Shown here: positions 15,094 through 26,190 of the stretch, in pieces
How positions within the stretch are numbered: position 1 is the stretch's first letter
Layout of the letters: every line of letters starts with the position of its first letter
Source of the DNA: an uncultured Selenomonadaceae bacterium
GTDB lineage: Bacteria > Bacillota > Negativicutes > Selenomonadales > Selenomonadaceae
DNA length: 36,327 nucleotides
Assembly (NCBI GenBank): GCA_905233325.1
Contig: CAJODU010000010.1
Span: 1 to 36,327 of the forward strand
Direction of reading: 5' to 3'
Translations under genes and position numbers: made by a program
Notes under the pieces: model-generated
Database searches by the model: none
What the model was told of the DNA's origin: nothing
Seen by the model: only the letters and a program-made list of their open reading frames with translations

Positions 15094-15900
15094 TCATAAA
15101 GAAGACAAAATATCAACCGACAGAATGATTCCGAACAAGATTATTACTAAAAAGATTGCAGCATAATCCGGCGAGGTTATCTGCAATTTTTTCATATGTG
15201 TTCGACCTTCACCGCCGCGGTAACACCTCGCCTCCATTGCCATTGCCAGCTCATCGGCACGGCGGAAGGCTGACAAAAACAACGGCACCATTATCGGCAC
15301 CATTGCCTTTGCCCTTGCCAAAATATTGCCGGTCTCAAAATCCACTCCTCTTGCTGATTGTGCCTTGATTATCTTGTCTGTCTCCTCCAGAAGTGTCGGT
15401 ATGAATCGCAGGGCTATAGTCATCATCATAGCCAGATCGTGTGCCGGTACTCCAAACCTTGAAAGCGGCGATAATAATTTCTCTGTGGCGTCTGTCAATT
15501 TCAGCGGCGAAGTGGTGAAAGTCAACATCGACGACAGCACAATCAAAAGTATAAGTCGCAAGCTGATTAATATTCCTTTGTATACGCCCTCGTCTGTGAT
15601 CTCCAATATCCATACTTTGTATAAAATCTCACCCTCGTGGCTGACCAGATGTATGAGGAACGTGAATAATATAATCCACATCAGCGGCTTGAGTGACTTC
15701 AAAACAGTAATCGGTGAAATTCGTGATACTGCGACTATTGTGAGTGCAAAGCCCGTCAAAACAGCATAGGAAGTTATGTTGTCGATTAGGAAGATTAACA
15801 CCATAATTGCGAACAGAAGACAGATTTTTACACGCGGGTCAAGTCTGTGAATGATTGAATCGCCCGGAAAAAATTGTCCGAGCATTATATCTTGCAGCAT
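15094..15900 (-). CDS. ecfT: ECF transporter transmembrane (T) component
   Basis: 268 aa and polytopic. The ALRFIP...AQSARGVDFETGN coupling-helix region is characteristic of EcfT/CbiQ. Confidence 0.75.
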   Translation of the reverse strand: MLQDIMLGQFFPGDSIIHRLDPRVKICLLFAIMVLIFLIDNITSYAVLTGFALTIVAVSRISPITVLKSLKPLMWIILFTFLIHLVSHEGEILYKVWILEITDEGVYKGILISLRLILLIVLSSMLTFTTSPLKLTDATEKLLSPLSRFGVPAHDLAMMMTIALRFIPTLLEETDKIIKAQSARGVDFETGNILARAKAMVPIMVPLFLSAFRRADELAMAMEARCYRGGEGRTHMKKLQITSPDYAAIFLVIILFGIILSVDILSSL

Positions 15901-15976
15901 AAAGCCTCACTTTCATACATAAAATTAATAGGCGACCTCATCAACATTGTGCCGACAAAGCCGCCATATTTAAATC

Positions 15977-17209
15977 TTAGTCGAGGAAATCTTTCAATTT
16001 CTTACTTCTTGAGGGGTGGCGTAACTTCCTTAGAGCCTTTGCCTCAATTTGACGTATTCTCTCGCGAGTTACTCCGAAACTTTGTCCGACCTCTTCAAGT
16101 GTTCTTGCTCTGCCATCATCAAGCCCGAAACGCAGCCGCAAGACTCTCATTTCTCTGGGTGTCAGCGTTGAGAGTACGTCCTCAAGTTGTTCTTTGAGCA
16201 GAAGGAATGAGGCTTGATCTGCCGGTGCAAGTGCGTCCTGATCTTCAATAAAGTCACCAAGGTGAGAATCCTCCTCCTCACCGATAGGCGTCTCAAGCGA
16301 TACAGGCTCCTGAGCAATCTTCATAATTTCACGAACACGCTCAACGCTTATATCCATCTCCGCAGCAATCTCCTCGGCAGACGGGTCTCTGTTGAGTTTC
16401 TGCAACAGGTTACGAGAGACACGAATCAGCTTGTTGATCGTCTCAACCATATGGACAGGTATTCTGATAGTGCGGGCTTGATCTGCAATGGCACGAGTTA
16501 TCGCTTGACGAATCCACCAGGTAGCATATGTGCTGAATTTGTAGCCCTTATTGTAATCGAACTTCTCGACGGCTTTAATCAGACCGAGATTGCCTTCTTG
16601 AATCAGATCAAGGAACAACATTCCGCGACCTACATAACGCTTTGCTATGCTGACGACAAGCCTCAAATTGGCCTCAGCAAGTCTCTGTTTTGCTTCCTCG
16701 TCGCCTTTTTCCATCTGCTTGGCAAGTTCCACTTCCTCTTGAGCTGTCAAGAGCGGCACCCTGCCTATCTCTTTGAGGTACATTCTCACCGGATCATCAA
16801 TAGTGACGCCTTCCGGCACACTCAAGTCAACTTCAACTTCTTCTGTCTGCTTGATTGCCTCTGCATCCTCTTCAGTGTCGTCATCAGTTGAATCTTGCTC
16901 ATCTTCACTTGAATCAACGGGTTCGGCAGGTATGGTGTCACCAATAGCCTCATCATCAAGCTGAATATCGGAATCAGTCACATCAGCCACATCATCATCA
17001 ACAATTTCAATTCTTGCTTGACTGAAAGTATCGTACAACTCTTCAATATCGTCGGGTGATAAATCTTGCTTTTGGAGTGCCTCTACCAATTCGCCATAAG
17101 TCAACGTCCCACCATTCATTTGCCCTTTTCTCAAAAGATTGCTTATTATTTGGGAGCTGTGATTTACTCTATCCTCAAGCAATTTTAATTTTTTACTATT
17201 TTCTATCAT
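15977..17209 (-). CDS. rpoD: Primary sigma factor (sigma-70/SigA)
   Basis: Regions 1.2 to 4.2 are recognisable: [11 protein letters not shown], the region 2 sequence [21 protein letters not shown] and LREVGQ-type [20 protein letters not shown]. An acidic insert follows region 1. Confidence 0.95.
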   Translation of the reverse strand: MIENSKKLKLLEDRVNHSSQIISNLLRKGQMNGGTLTYGELVEALQKQDLSPDDIEELYDTFSQARIEIVDDDVADVTDSDIQLDDEAIGDTIPAEPVDSSEDEQDSTDDDTEEDAEAIKQTEEVEVDLSVPEGVTIDDPVRMYLKEIGRVPLLTAQEEVELAKQMEKGDEEAKQRLAEANLRLVVSIAKRYVGRGMLFLDLIQEGNLGLIKAVEKFDYNKGYKFSTYATWWIRQAITRAIADQARTIRIPVHMVETINKLIRVSRNLLQKLNRDPSAEEIAAEMDISVERVREIMKIAQEPVSLETPIGEEEDSHLGDFIEDQDALAPADQASFLLLKEQLEDVLSTLTPREMRVLRLRFGLDDGRARTLEEVGQSFGVTRERIRQIEAKALRKLRHPSRSKKLKDFLD

Positions 17210-17235
17210 AAGGCACCTCCCTTGTTTCCTTACGC

Positions 17236-19080
17236 CTATTTTTGATTTAATGTATCCATTTCTTTCCTGATTCGGAAATATTCATCTACTTTTTTATCAT
17301 AAACAGGATCTTCTGCAAATGTAGGATTACCTGTTTCCATTTTCTTGATTTCTTCTGCCAATTTATTGCATTTTATTCGCCGTGTTATAATCTGCATAGA
17401 TTTGACAGAATCTCTAAATGATCTCATAGTATCTTCAGATGATTCATTTTCATTTTCAATGAGAATTTTGGAAAGCTCAGAGACGGCCTCTTCGCTCAAT
17501 TCCTCAGCAGCAGTCATGTCGTTAGGTGTTTGATTATTTTCCATACATTTTTTCAGATATAACAATATCTCTTGATGAACGGGATCGAAGACTTCAATGG
17601 AAAGAATACCGCTAATATATAAAAAAGTGTCATTTTCAAGCCAAGCCATACGCAAAATCTTTCTTCCGGCGTCTAACTGTGCATTGTTTCTCACCTTCTG
17701 GCCGATTTTAACTTCTTTATCATCAGAAAATTCTCTTTTAGTGTTGTTTCTCAATTCATCGTTAACGACATCTTCACTGATCATCAATCTTCTGGCAACT
17801 TGCTTGGTATACTCGCTCTTCCGCGTCGGATCGTCGACACTGTTCAGAATAGGAAGAATTTGTTTTAAAACATTTATCTTGCCGTCAGATGATGTGTAAT
17901 CGTTGTGACTCAAAATATAATTCAAGCGATAATCAAATATTGAAAAGGCGTTATTTATAAGCTCTTTGAAGGTTTCAACACCGTGCTTTCTTATGTATTC
18001 ATCAGGGTCTTTTCCATCGGGAATAATTAAAACTTTTACTTCGGCACCGGTCTTGAGGATTATGGGCAACGCCCTTATAGTAGCCTTTTGTCCTGCCTCA
18101 TCACTATCATAGCAGAAGTAAATTTTCCGCGTATATCTCGTTAAAAGTTTAGCCTGTTCCTCAGTGAAAGCGGTTCCCAAAGACGCCACTACATTCTTTA
18201 TACCCGCACTGTAGACGGAGATAACGTCCATATATCCTTCAACAATGAGGGCAAAATCCTGTTTCCTAATCTCCTGTGCTGCTTTATTGAGTCCAAATAG
18301 CAAATGTCCCTTGTTAAAGATTAAAGTTTCCGGCGAATTTAAATATTTTGGTCTTTTGTGATTTTCGTTCTGTGTATTTGATTCAGATTCGTCCAAAACT
18401 CTTCCGCCAAAGGCCACAATGCGACCGTAGAGATCAGCTATCGGTATCATTACACGATTTCTAAATTTATCGTAAATACCGTTGTTATGCTTATTTGGCA
18501 TTGACAAACCTGCTTCAACTAATTTCTCAGGCTTCATTCCCTTTTTATTTATCAATGCTTTTGATAAGGCATCCCAACTGTCCGGCGCAAAACCTAAACT
18601 AAAATCTTCAATAGTCTCTTTACTTATTCCACGCGACTCAAGATAATTCCTGCCTGTTTTGCCATAAGTTGTCATAACTAAACAATTATGAAAAAAATCT
18701 TTTGCCAAAGTGTTGATATTTATGAGTAATTTTTCCTGCTGCTCTCTCTCTATCTGCTCCTTGGATTTATTTTTCCTGGAGCGAGGCATCTCTATTCCCA
18801 GACGTTCCGCCTGTAGTTTTACAGCTTCAAAGTATGAGATATTTTCAACGAGCGAGATAAATTTGAAAACATTTCCACCCGCATGGCAGCCGAAACAATA
18901 AAAAAAACCTTTCTCCGGACTGACTGAAAATGAGGGCGTCTTTTCATTGTGAAACGGACAACAGCCCCAATATTTGTTACCCTTCCTTTTAAGTGATACA
19001 TACTTGGAGACAACGGAGAATATATCCGAACTTTCGCGGACTTTGTCAACAAACATATTCATTTCATCGTTGTCAAACAT
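17236..19080 (-). CDS. dnaG: DNA primase
   Basis: ATG 19080 is preceded by GGAGGT; the track ORF starts 11 codons earlier. The zinc ribbon [14 protein letters not shown]...CFGCHAGG and the TOPRIM sequences EGYMDVI and DSDEAG are present. Confidence 0.93.
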   Translation of the reverse strand: MFDNDEMNMFVDKVRESSDIFSVVSKYVSLKRKGNKYWGCCPFHNEKTPSFSVSPEKGFFYCFGCHAGGNVFKFISLVENISYFEAVKLQAERLGIEMPRSRKNKSKEQIEREQQEKLLININTLAKDFFHNCLVMTTYGKTGRNYLESRGISKETIEDFSLGFAPDSWDALSKALINKKGMKPEKLVEAGLSMPNKHNNGIYDKFRNRVMIPIADLYGRIVAFGGRVLDESESNTQNENHKRPKYLNSPETLIFNKGHLLFGLNKAAQEIRKQDFALIVEGYMDVISVYSAGIKNVVASLGTAFTEEQAKLLTRYTRKIYFCYDSDEAGQKATIRALPIILKTGAEVKVLIIPDGKDPDEYIRKHGVETFKELINNAFSIFDYRLNYILSHNDYTSSDGKINVLKQILPILNSVDDPTRKSEYTKQVARRLMISEDVVNDELRNNTKREFSDDKEVKIGQKVRNNAQLDAGRKILRMAWLENDTFLYISGILSIEVFDPVHQEILLYLKKCMENNQTPNDMTAAEELSEEAVSELSKILIENENESSEDTMRSFRDSVKSMQIITRRIKCNKLAEEIKKMETGNPTFAEDPVYDKKVDEYFRIRKEMDTLNQK

Positions 19081-19184
19081 TAATCTCCTACCTCCAGTAA
19101 CATATATATTCAATAAATTTTTAAAATTTCCTTTTTCTGCTCAATAATTTTTATTTTTTGTATTTTAATGATGAATTTTTTGCA

Positions 19185-19221
19185 CCAAAAAACCGGCAGC
19201 CTCGTCGACCGTCGGTTTTAT
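19185..19221 (-). terminator. Intrinsic terminator after the PAS-GGDEF-EAL gene, potentially bidirectional
   Basis: ACCGGC (19192-19197) pairs with GTCGGT (19211-19216). An A-run lies on one side and a T-run on the other, giving U6 on the minus transcript. Confidence 0.6.
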
Positions 19222-19227
19222 TATTTT

Positions 19228-20919
19228 TTACTTTTTCAGTCTTCTGAGAAATACATCTTCCATTTCAGGATATCCGAAGAAGAAACCTTGAATATAATCA
19301 GCCTCACATTCATCACGAAGGAATATATAGGCTTTCTCCTCCTCAACGCCCTCTATACAAACTTTCATTCCAATCGAATGACAAAGTTTAATGGCATATT
19401 TCACAAGATTGCGATCAAATTCATTTTTCAAAATATCTTGAATGAAGACTCGATCAATCTTGATGATATTGCAGTTGAAATTTTTCAAAAAACCAAGTGA
19501 AGAGTAACCCGTTCCGAAATCGTCCATTGCAATTTGTATTCCAAGCTCATGGAAGGCGGAGAATTGTTTATTGACAAATTCCCAGTCGTAGACGTTTTGA
19601 CTCTCCGTAAGCTCAAATGTCAATGTGGTAGGATCAATTTGATGACGTTCAATACAATCTTGCACAAATGGGAAGAACATATGCTCCTCAAGCTGATAAA
19701 GTGAAATATTTATACTCATCTGGAAGTCAGGCATATACTCCTGCCACTTTTTCGCGGTTATGACAGCATTTTCAATGATCCAGTGACCGACCGGAATGAT
19801 CATGCGGGATTTTTCAAGCATCGGGATAAACTGCATGGGAGCGACTACACTGCCATCTTTATCATACCAACGCAGCAGAGCCTCAGCACCAATCAAGTGA
19901 CCGTCTTTGGCATCAACCTGCGGCTGATAACATAAGAAAAAGTCCTCGCAGCCTCTTGCAATGCTGTTCTGCATCAGATTCATCATACCTATATCATAAC
20001 GCCAGCGATCGTAAGTCTCTTTACTGAAGAAGGCAATCTGATCGCGGCCTTTCTGCCTTGCAATCTCCAACGCAACCTCAGCATACCTCAAGAGCGTCAC
20101 CTCATCAGAGGCGTCAGTAGGATAGAACGCAGCACCGGCGGAGGCAGTACAATAAATCGTATCCTCAACATTCCTGATCTCACGCATACAGAGCTGGACA
20201 CTGGAGAAGAATATCTCAATCTCCTCAGGCATACCATAGGGCATAAACAAACCGAACATATAACCGTCAAGTTTGTAGAGGCGAATATCCGGCGGCAAAA
20301 TATCCATTATATTTTGAGCAATCTGTTTGAGGGCTATATCACCAAATTTATGACCATAAGTTTCATTTATGATGTGGAAATTATCAAGACCTATAACTAC
20401 AATAGCACCGTGAGCATCTTCGGAGTTATTAAGCTCTCGTTGAATTGCTGCATCAAATGAGCGGCGATTCAAAAGACCTGTGGTATGATCGGCGTTGAGT
20501 TTCAAATCCATTCTCAAGATTATACCCGACCAAATGGAAGGTTCACCGTTTTCATCTCTTCCAATGGAGCCGTGACAACTCATCCAAACATATTCACCAT
20601 CCGGCATGCAAAAACGATATTCAAAATCGTGATCGTCATCGTTGGCTGTCTGGATAAAATTCTTTTTTAAGCCTTCCTCAAAACGCTCAACATCATCATA
20701 ATGCACCACAGATGTAAGGCGAGACTCAAAGTCATCAACAACATTAGACGGGAACTGAAAATCTCTGACAAAGTTGTCAGACAGCAACACCGCTTTTTCT
20801 TTGAGGTCTGCGGCAAAAACATAAGTCCGCGGCACTGTTTTTTGGAGTGCATCGAAATATGTCCTAATTTTTGAAAGAGGTGATCCGTCTCGTATAATTT
20901 CACTCGTTTCTTTTATCAT
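19228..20919 (-). CDS. PAS - degenerate GGDEF - EAL signalling protein (predicted c-di-GMP phosphodiesterase)
   Basis: The GGDEF position reads LDGYMF. The EAL signatures are intact: EALLRW, ELTES, DDFGTGYSSL, IKIDR, EGVE and QGFFFGYP. Confidence 0.85.
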   Translation of the reverse strand: MIKETSEIIRDGSPLSKIRTYFDALQKTVPRTYVFAADLKEKAVLLSDNFVRDFQFPSNVVDDFESRLTSVVHYDDVERFEEGLKKNFIQTANDDDHDFEYRFCMPDGEYVWMSCHGSIGRDENGEPSIWSGIILRMDLKLNADHTTGLLNRRSFDAAIQRELNNSEDAHGAIVVIGLDNFHIINETYGHKFGDIALKQIAQNIMDILPPDIRLYKLDGYMFGLFMPYGMPEEIEIFFSSVQLCMREIRNVEDTIYCTASAGAAFYPTDASDEVTLLRYAEVALEIARQKGRDQIAFFSKETYDRWRYDIGMMNLMQNSIARGCEDFFLCYQPQVDAKDGHLIGAEALLRWYDKDGSVVAPMQFIPMLEKSRMIIPVGHWIIENAVITAKKWQEYMPDFQMSINISLYQLEEHMFFPFVQDCIERHQIDPTTLTFELTESQNVYDWEFVNKQFSAFHELGIQIAMDDFGTGYSSLGFLKNFNCNIIKIDRVFIQDILKNEFDRNLVKYAIKLCHSIGMKVCIEGVEEEKAYIFLRDECEADYIQGFFFGYPEMEDVFLRRLKK

Positions 20920-21022
20920 AAATTATCTTCCTTTATCTAAAACTCCTCACATGAAGAATAATTACAATCTCTTTTCTAAATTCGATATGCGGAAAATAAT
21001 TCCTGCCAATTTCACGAAAAAG

Positions 21023-23053
21023 TCACAAAACAATTTTTCCAAATGTTGCAACTTGTGAAAGGAGATTGTCTATTGATTTAAGGAGAGCGAGACGATTGCT
21101 GCGAATTTTAAGATCATCGTCCATAACCATAACCGAATCAAAGAAGGAATCTATAGGCGTTGAAAGTTTTGGAAGAGCCTCAAGAGTGCCGACATAATCA
21201 CATTTGTTGATGAGTTCCTCCGCAACAACCTTAATGGCCTCAAAAGCCTTGTAAAGTGCCACTTCAGCATCAACAGTGAGCAAGTTGGCCTTAATGTCGG
21301 TTGAATATGCCTTATTTGCAAGATTGCTGACACGGACGAAGGATTGAATTGTCTTTGTTGAATCGGCAGTCTTGACGAAATCAGCAAGAGCCGCTGCCTT
21401 CAAAGTAACGCTGTAAATGTCGTCAACATCGTCTATCACGGCGTCAATGACATCATATCTGGCAGAATCGGACAGAACATTCTTGATTCTGAGACGCATA
21501 AAACGCCCAACTTCATCAGTGATTTTGAGTAGATCCATTGCCACGTCAACAATTTTGCTCAAAGAGAGCGACCATTTAGCCTCAATGATTGTGTTGACGA
21601 TACCGAGTGCTTGGCGTCTGAGGGCAAAGGGATCCTGCGAGCCGGTTGGTACAAGACCTCTGCTGAAAGTTGCAACTATATTATCAATCTTGTCTGCCAG
21701 GCTTACAATGCGGCCTGCTGTAGTCTTTGGCTGGGAATCACCGGCAAATCGCGGCATATAGTGTTCATCAATCGCCATAAATACTGCGGAGTCCTCACCG
21801 TCGAGTTTGGCGTATTCACGACCCATAACGCCTTGCAGTTCAGTAAACTCTGTGACCATTCCCGTCACGAGATCAGCTTTTGAAAGCTGTGCTGCGCGAA
21901 TTGCGTGTTCCTTATCTTTAGAATCGACTTTCAACGAATCTGCAATCACTTCAGCCAATTTTTCAAGGCGTTCAGTTTTTTCATAGATTGATCCGAGTCC
22001 CTCTTGGAAGACGACGGTTTTCAGCTTGTCACGATGTTGCTCAAGTGACTTTTTGCGATCTTCATTAAAGAAGAATTGTGCATCTTCAAGCCTTGCCTTC
22101 AACACACGCTCATTTCCGTGCTGCACAATGTCAAGATACTCTCGACCGCCGTTGCGAATGGTGATAAACAGCGGCATTAATTCACCCTCGAACGTTTTGA
22201 CAGGGAAGTAACGCTGATGATCACGCATAGGCGTAATGACAGCCTCAGCAGGTAATTTGAGATATTCAGTATCAAATTTACCGGCAAGAGCTGTCGGATA
22301 TTCAACGAGATAGAGGACTTCTTCAAGAAGGTCGTCTGTAATTTCAGCCTTGCCTCCACATTCTTTGGCAACGGCCTCAATCTCAGCAATGATCATAGAA
22401 CGACGCTGCTCTTGATCGACAATTACAAATTCCTTCTCACAATCCGCAACATAGTCTGCCGCCTTAGCGATCTCAAACTCACCGTCACCAAGGAACCTGT
22501 GACCGCGTGACTTCCTGCCGCTCTGCACTTTTGCCACTTCAAACGGAACGATCTCATCACCGAAGAGGGCTACAATCCACCTCAAGGGTCTGATGAATTT
22601 AAAATCAAGTTCACCCCAGCGCATATTATTGGGGAAGTTCAAGTCACAGATGATTTTGGGCAAGATACTTTTGAGGAGTTCGTCAACGGCGTGACCCTTT
22701 TCGTGGACGATTGCATAAACATAGCCGTCTTTAGTCACGAGATCAGCAGGATCAACTTTCTGCCCGCGTGCGAAACCGATTGCCGCCTTGGAGGGCTTGC
22801 CTTCAGCATCAAATGCTATTTTTGCGGAAGGTCCGCGTTTTTCTTCTGAAATATCAGCCTGCTGCTCCTCAACATCTTTAATCAGCAAAGCCAGCCTTCT
22901 CGGTGTGCCAAGCGTCTTTACTTCACCGACGCCGATTCTTGATTCCTTGAAGGCGTTCTCTGCAAGTGTCTTCAACTGTGATAAAATATTCGGCATTGCG
23001 TGTGCCGGTATCTCTTCTGTTCCAATCTCCAGCAGGAGTTCTCTTTTGCTCAT
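21023..23053 (-). CDS. glyS: Glycyl-tRNA synthetase beta subunit
   Basis: ATG 23053 follows AGAGGTGAT; the GTG at 23065 used in the track lies inside the SD. The sequence LLLEIGTEEIP...TPRRLA is typical of the GlyS N-terminus. Confidence 0.93.
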   Translation of the reverse strand: MSKRELLLEIGTEEIPAHAMPNILSQLKTLAENAFKESRIGVGEVKTLGTPRRLALLIKDVEEQQADISEEKRGPSAKIAFDAEGKPSKAAIGFARGQKVDPADLVTKDGYVYAIVHEKGHAVDELLKSILPKIICDLNFPNNMRWGELDFKFIRPLRWIVALFGDEIVPFEVAKVQSGRKSRGHRFLGDGEFEIAKAADYVADCEKEFVIVDQEQRRSMIIAEIEAVAKECGGKAEITDDLLEEVLYLVEYPTALAGKFDTEYLKLPAEAVITPMRDHQRYFPVKTFEGELMPLFITIRNGGREYLDIVQHGNERVLKARLEDAQFFFNEDRKKSLEQHRDKLKTVVFQEGLGSIYEKTERLEKLAEVIADSLKVDSKDKEHAIRAAQLSKADLVTGMVTEFTELQGVMGREYAKLDGEDSAVFMAIDEHYMPRFAGDSQPKTTAGRIVSLADKIDNIVATFSRGLVPTGSQDPFALRRQALGIVNTIIEAKWSLSLSKIVDVAMDLLKITDEVGRFMRLRIKNVLSDSARYDVIDAVIDDVDDIYSVTLKAAALADFVKTADSTKTIQSFVRVSNLANKAYSTDIKANLLTVDAEVALYKAFEAIKVVAEELINKCDYVGTLEALPKLSTPIDSFFDSVMVMDDDLKIRSNRLALLKSIDNLLSQVATFGKIVL

Positions 23054-23079
23054 ATTCAATATCACCTCTTTGCGATATA

Positions 23080-23949
23080 TTATTTCTTCAACATAGGATA
23101 GCCGAGTTCTTCACGCTGCTTTAAATAGCACTCTGCACACATTCTTGCCAGCTTGCGAACGCGGCCAATGAATGCTGTCCGTTCACTGACACTGATTGCA
23201 CCCCTCGCGTCAAGCAGATTGAATGTATGGGAACACTTCAAAACATAATCATAAGCAGGGTGGACATAGCCGAGTTTGATAACACGCACCGCCTCAGCCT
23301 CATACTTTTCAAACAGATCAAATAAAAGATTCTCATCAGAAAGATCAAACGAATAGCTTGACTGCTCAAATTCATTCTGATGAAAAATGTCGCCGTATGT
23401 TACGTCGTCGGTCCATTTTACGTCGTAGACGTTCTCAACGCCCTGAATGTACATGGCAAGACGCTCAAGACCGTAGGTTATCTCAACCGCAACAGGCTTT
23501 ATATCTTGACTGCCGACCTGCTGGAAATATGTAAACTGCGTTATCTCCATACCGTCAAGCCAGACTTCCCAACCGAGACCCCAAGCTCCAAGCGTCGGCG
23601 ATTCCCAGTTATCCTCAACAAAGCGAATATCATGCTTTTTAGCCTCAATGCCGATTGCTGCAAGGCTGTCAAGGTATAATTCTTGAATATTATCCGGCGA
23701 AGGTTTCATAATAAGCTGTAACTGATGATGCTGATAAAGTCTGTTGGGATTATCACCATAACGGCCGTCAGCAGGTCTTCTGGACGGCTCAACATAAGCC
23801 ACATTCCAAGGTTCCGGTCCGAGTACGCGCAGGAATGTAAAGGGATTCATTGTACCTGCACCCTTTTCAACATCATAAGGTTCAGCTAATATACAGCCTT
23901 GATCTGACCAAAACTTTTGAAGTGCCAAGACGAGTTCTTGAAATTTCAT
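23080..23949 (-). CDS. glyQ: Glycyl-tRNA synthetase alpha subunit
   Basis: The sequence [19 protein letters not shown]...[23 protein letters not shown]...TYFQQVG is typical. Confidence 0.95.
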   Translation of the reverse strand: MKFQELVLALQKFWSDQGCILAEPYDVEKGAGTMNPFTFLRVLGPEPWNVAYVEPSRRPADGRYGDNPNRLYQHHQLQLIMKPSPDNIQELYLDSLAAIGIEAKKHDIRFVEDNWESPTLGAWGLGWEVWLDGMEITQFTYFQQVGSQDIKPVAVEITYGLERLAMYIQGVENVYDVKWTDDVTYGDIFHQNEFEQSSYSFDLSDENLLFDLFEKYEAEAVRVIKLGYVHPAYDYVLKCSHTFNLLDARGAISVSERTAFIGRVRKLARMCAECYLKQREELGYPMLKK

Positions 23950-23984
23950 TAGCGTTTATTTCCTCCTCAATTAAATTCCCTATA

Positions 23985-24013
23985 GTTATAACAAATCTTT
24001 AAATAAATGTCAA
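23985..24013 (-). promoter_or_regulatory. Candidate sigma-70 promoter for glyQS (TTGACA-17-TATAAC)
   Basis: -35 is at 24008-24013 and -10 is at 23985-23990, both on the minus strand. This leaves a leader of only about 30 nt. Confidence 0.5.
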
Positions 24014-24022
24014 TTTTTTATC

Positions 24023-24469
24023 TCACCAATAATGAGGTTGTCGCCAATCAGGCAATTTTGTGCCGGTAAACAGTTCCAATATAGGTTTGAAGAACATATA
24101 TACCAAGCCCCATGCCGGTATCAGAGAGATTCCAAAAAATAATATTAAATTTAGAATTAGTGCTGCGAGTGATTTTTTAATGATAGCATAGAATGAAAGA
24201 ATAGCACAAACTCCCCAGATTGCCATTTGCCAATATTCAGCACCAAGGACATTGTTGTATTTTGCATAGATCAGTATACTCGTGACAATGAGAATCAGTG
24301 CAGACAAGGCAAAAATCCATTTATATCGTCTTGTGACTGAAAAAAAGCCTTCCTTCTTTTCTTCTGAGGCTGTCTCGCTGCTTTTATTTTCCACATTGAT
24401 TTTATCTTCATTCAACGAGAGTTGCTGATCCGTTGACTGTTGATCGTTTCTGCCGTCCTCCATATCCAC
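24023..24469 (-). CDS. Small membrane protein of unknown function (acidic N-terminus plus 3 predicted TM helices)
   Basis: The ORF starts at GTG 24469, or more likely ATG 24463 after GAGGAGAGG. Hydrophobic segments include IFALSALILIVTSILIY, MAIWGVCAILSFYAII and LILNLILFFGISLIPAWGLVYMFF. Confidence 0.5.
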   Translation of the reverse strand: MDMEDGRNDQQSTDQQLSLNEDKINVENKSSETASEEKKEGFFSVTRRYKWIFALSALILIVTSILIYAKYNNVLGAEYWQMAIWGVCAILSFYAIIKKSLAALILNLILFFGISLIPAWGLVYMFFKPILELFTGTKLPDWRQPHYW

Positions 24470-24542
24470 CTCTCCTCAAAATTTTAATAAAATTTACAAA
24501 AAATATCATTTTAATTTTACTACTAATCTTTCCGCTTGTCTA

Positions 24543-24579
24543 CAAAAATAAAAAATAACCTTTCCGAAAAATTGAAAGG
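24543..24579 (-). terminator. Intrinsic terminator ending the five-gene operon
   Basis: CCTTTC (24559-24564) pairs with GAAAGG (24574-24579). On the minus transcript it is followed by TTATTTTTTATTTTTG. Confidence 0.7.
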
Positions 24580-24598
24580 CTGTATTTTTGGTGTTGAT

Positions 24599-25222
24599 TC
24601 AAGGCAATTCTAATTTCATCAATGGCATCTCTTCCGGCTTTAATTTCTTATCGTCATCTTTCAACTTACCCCAGGAATGACTTATTATCTGATCATTGTG
24701 CTTCTTTGCCCACCTCAAGATAGATCTGTATAATCTGCAATCAACACTGTTAGGTTTTAACTCCGACAGCTTGACAGGCTGAAAATCCTTATCAGAAGAG
24801 AGTGTCCCCCATTGCTCGTCAAGCTCCACTCTCTCCGTCACTTGGACAGTGCCTTCAATCAAATCAAATTCAAGGTAATCAGCACGACCGACAAGTTTAT
24901 CATAGCCTCTGACTGACTGCATCTTCCAGCGGCGTTTTGAGACAACATCTTCAATTTGAATTTCATCATACATACAGACTGTCGGTACAATCAAAATATT
25001 TAAATTTATAAAACCATCTTCACCGACATCGTAATTTATTTGCTGATGATTGAAGTAGTAGTTGGCGCGATCCGTTGATTGCACCCAAGTATAAATATCC
25101 TCCGGCACTGTCCTTGTGTCGGCAATAGTGCTGTTGTCATCATCGGCAAAGGTTATCTGCGGCGTTATGAATATCATTCCTGACGCAATCAGACTCAATA
25201 AAAATTTTTTAGTATTCCGCAT
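24599..25222 (-). CDS. Secreted protein of unknown function
   Basis: GGGGGA-type SD. The signal peptide is MRNTKKFLLSLIASGMIFITPQITFA/DD. I recognise no catalytic motif. Confidence 0.55.
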   Translation of the reverse strand: MRNTKKFLLSLIASGMIFITPQITFADDDNSTIADTRTVPEDIYTWVQSTDRANYYFNHQQINYDVGEDGFINLNILIVPTVCMYDEIQIEDVVSKRRWKMQSVRGYDKLVGRADYLEFDLIEGTVQVTERVELDEQWGTLSSDKDFQPVKLSELKPNSVDCRLYRSILRWAKKHNDQIISHSWGKLKDDDKKLKPEEMPLMKLELP

Positions 25223-25238
25223 AATTTCCCCCTTAATC

Positions 25239-26171
25239 TCATGTATTATATATTTTATCGATCTCGTAAGGTGTTTCTTGATAAACGTAATAATTCAGCC
25301 AGTTAGCAAACAACAAATGTGCCACCGAACGCCAGCGGACAATCGGAGGCTTAGTAGGATCATCATTTGGAAAATAATTCTGCGGAATATGAGGATTTAA
25401 GCCCGCCTTTAAATCGCGTTCATATTCCTGTTTGAGTGTCCAAGGATCATACTCGGCATGACCCGTTATAAAAAATTGACGCTTCTTCAAATTGGCGATA
25501 ATATAGGCACCTGCACCGACATCTATTTCAGTTTCGGCGAGAATCGTCAATTCTTTCACCTTATCAATATCCGCCCTCATCGAATCAGTATGGCGAGAAT
25601 GTGGCACATAAAACTCATCATCAAAACCTCTGAGCAATTTCTCGTGCCTTACACAAACGCGCTGCTTGTAGACGCCGGAGATTTTTTCGTCGAGGATATA
25701 TTTAGGAATACCATAATGATAGTAAAGCCCTGCCTGAGCACCCCAGCAGATATGGAACGTCGAATATACATGCGTCTTGCTCCACTCCATAATATCTGCA
25801 ACTTCCTGCCAGTAGGCAACTTCCTCAAAATCCATAAACTCAACAGGTGCGCCGGTTATTATCAAGCCATCATACTTTTTGTCGCGAACATTTTCAAATG
25901 TGCCGTAAAACTCCGTCAAATAATCCTGCGGCGTGTGTGTCGGTATGTAAGATTTTGTATATATGAAGTCAACTTCAACCTGCAGCGGTGTATTACCGAG
26001 CAATCGCAAAAGCTGAGTCTCCGTGACGTGTTTAATGGGCATTAAATTCAAAATCAAGATTCTAAGTGGACGTATGTCCTGCGAATAAGCTCGATCAGCG
26101 TCCATTACAAAAATATTTTCTTGCTCCAAAATATGCGTGGCGGGCAGGTTGTTGGGTATTTTTATAGGCAT
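25239..26171 (-). CDS. metA: Homoserine O-acyltransferase (MetA/HTS family)
   Basis: The sequence [11 protein letters not shown]...[12 protein letters not shown]...LIITGAPVE...HICWGAQA is typical. Confidence 0.9.
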   Translation of the reverse strand: MPIKIPNNLPATHILEQENIFVMDADRAYSQDIRPLRILILNLMPIKHVTETQLLRLLGNTPLQVEVDFIYTKSYIPTHTPQDYLTEFYGTFENVRDKKYDGLIITGAPVEFMDFEEVAYWQEVADIMEWSKTHVYSTFHICWGAQAGLYYHYGIPKYILDEKISGVYKQRVCVRHEKLLRGFDDEFYVPHSRHTDSMRADIDKVKELTILAETEIDVGAGAYIIANLKKRQFFITGHAEYDPWTLKQEYERDLKAGLNPHIPQNYFPNDDPTKPPIVRWRSVAHLLFANWLNYYVYQETPYEIDKIYNT

Positions 26172-26190
26172 TAGAAATCACCACCATTGC

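Noticed and set aside
16214-16891. A 225-aa plus-strand ORF antisense to rpoD, and similar long antisense ORFs (9566..10093, 10888..11367, 12466..12939, 13437..13838, 15326..15769, 25458..26045, 29925..30458, 32064..32537, 32616..33269)
   Set aside because: Each lies entirely or mostly within a confidently identified gene on the other strand. None has recognisable motifs or ribosome-binding sites. They are typical shadow ORFs.
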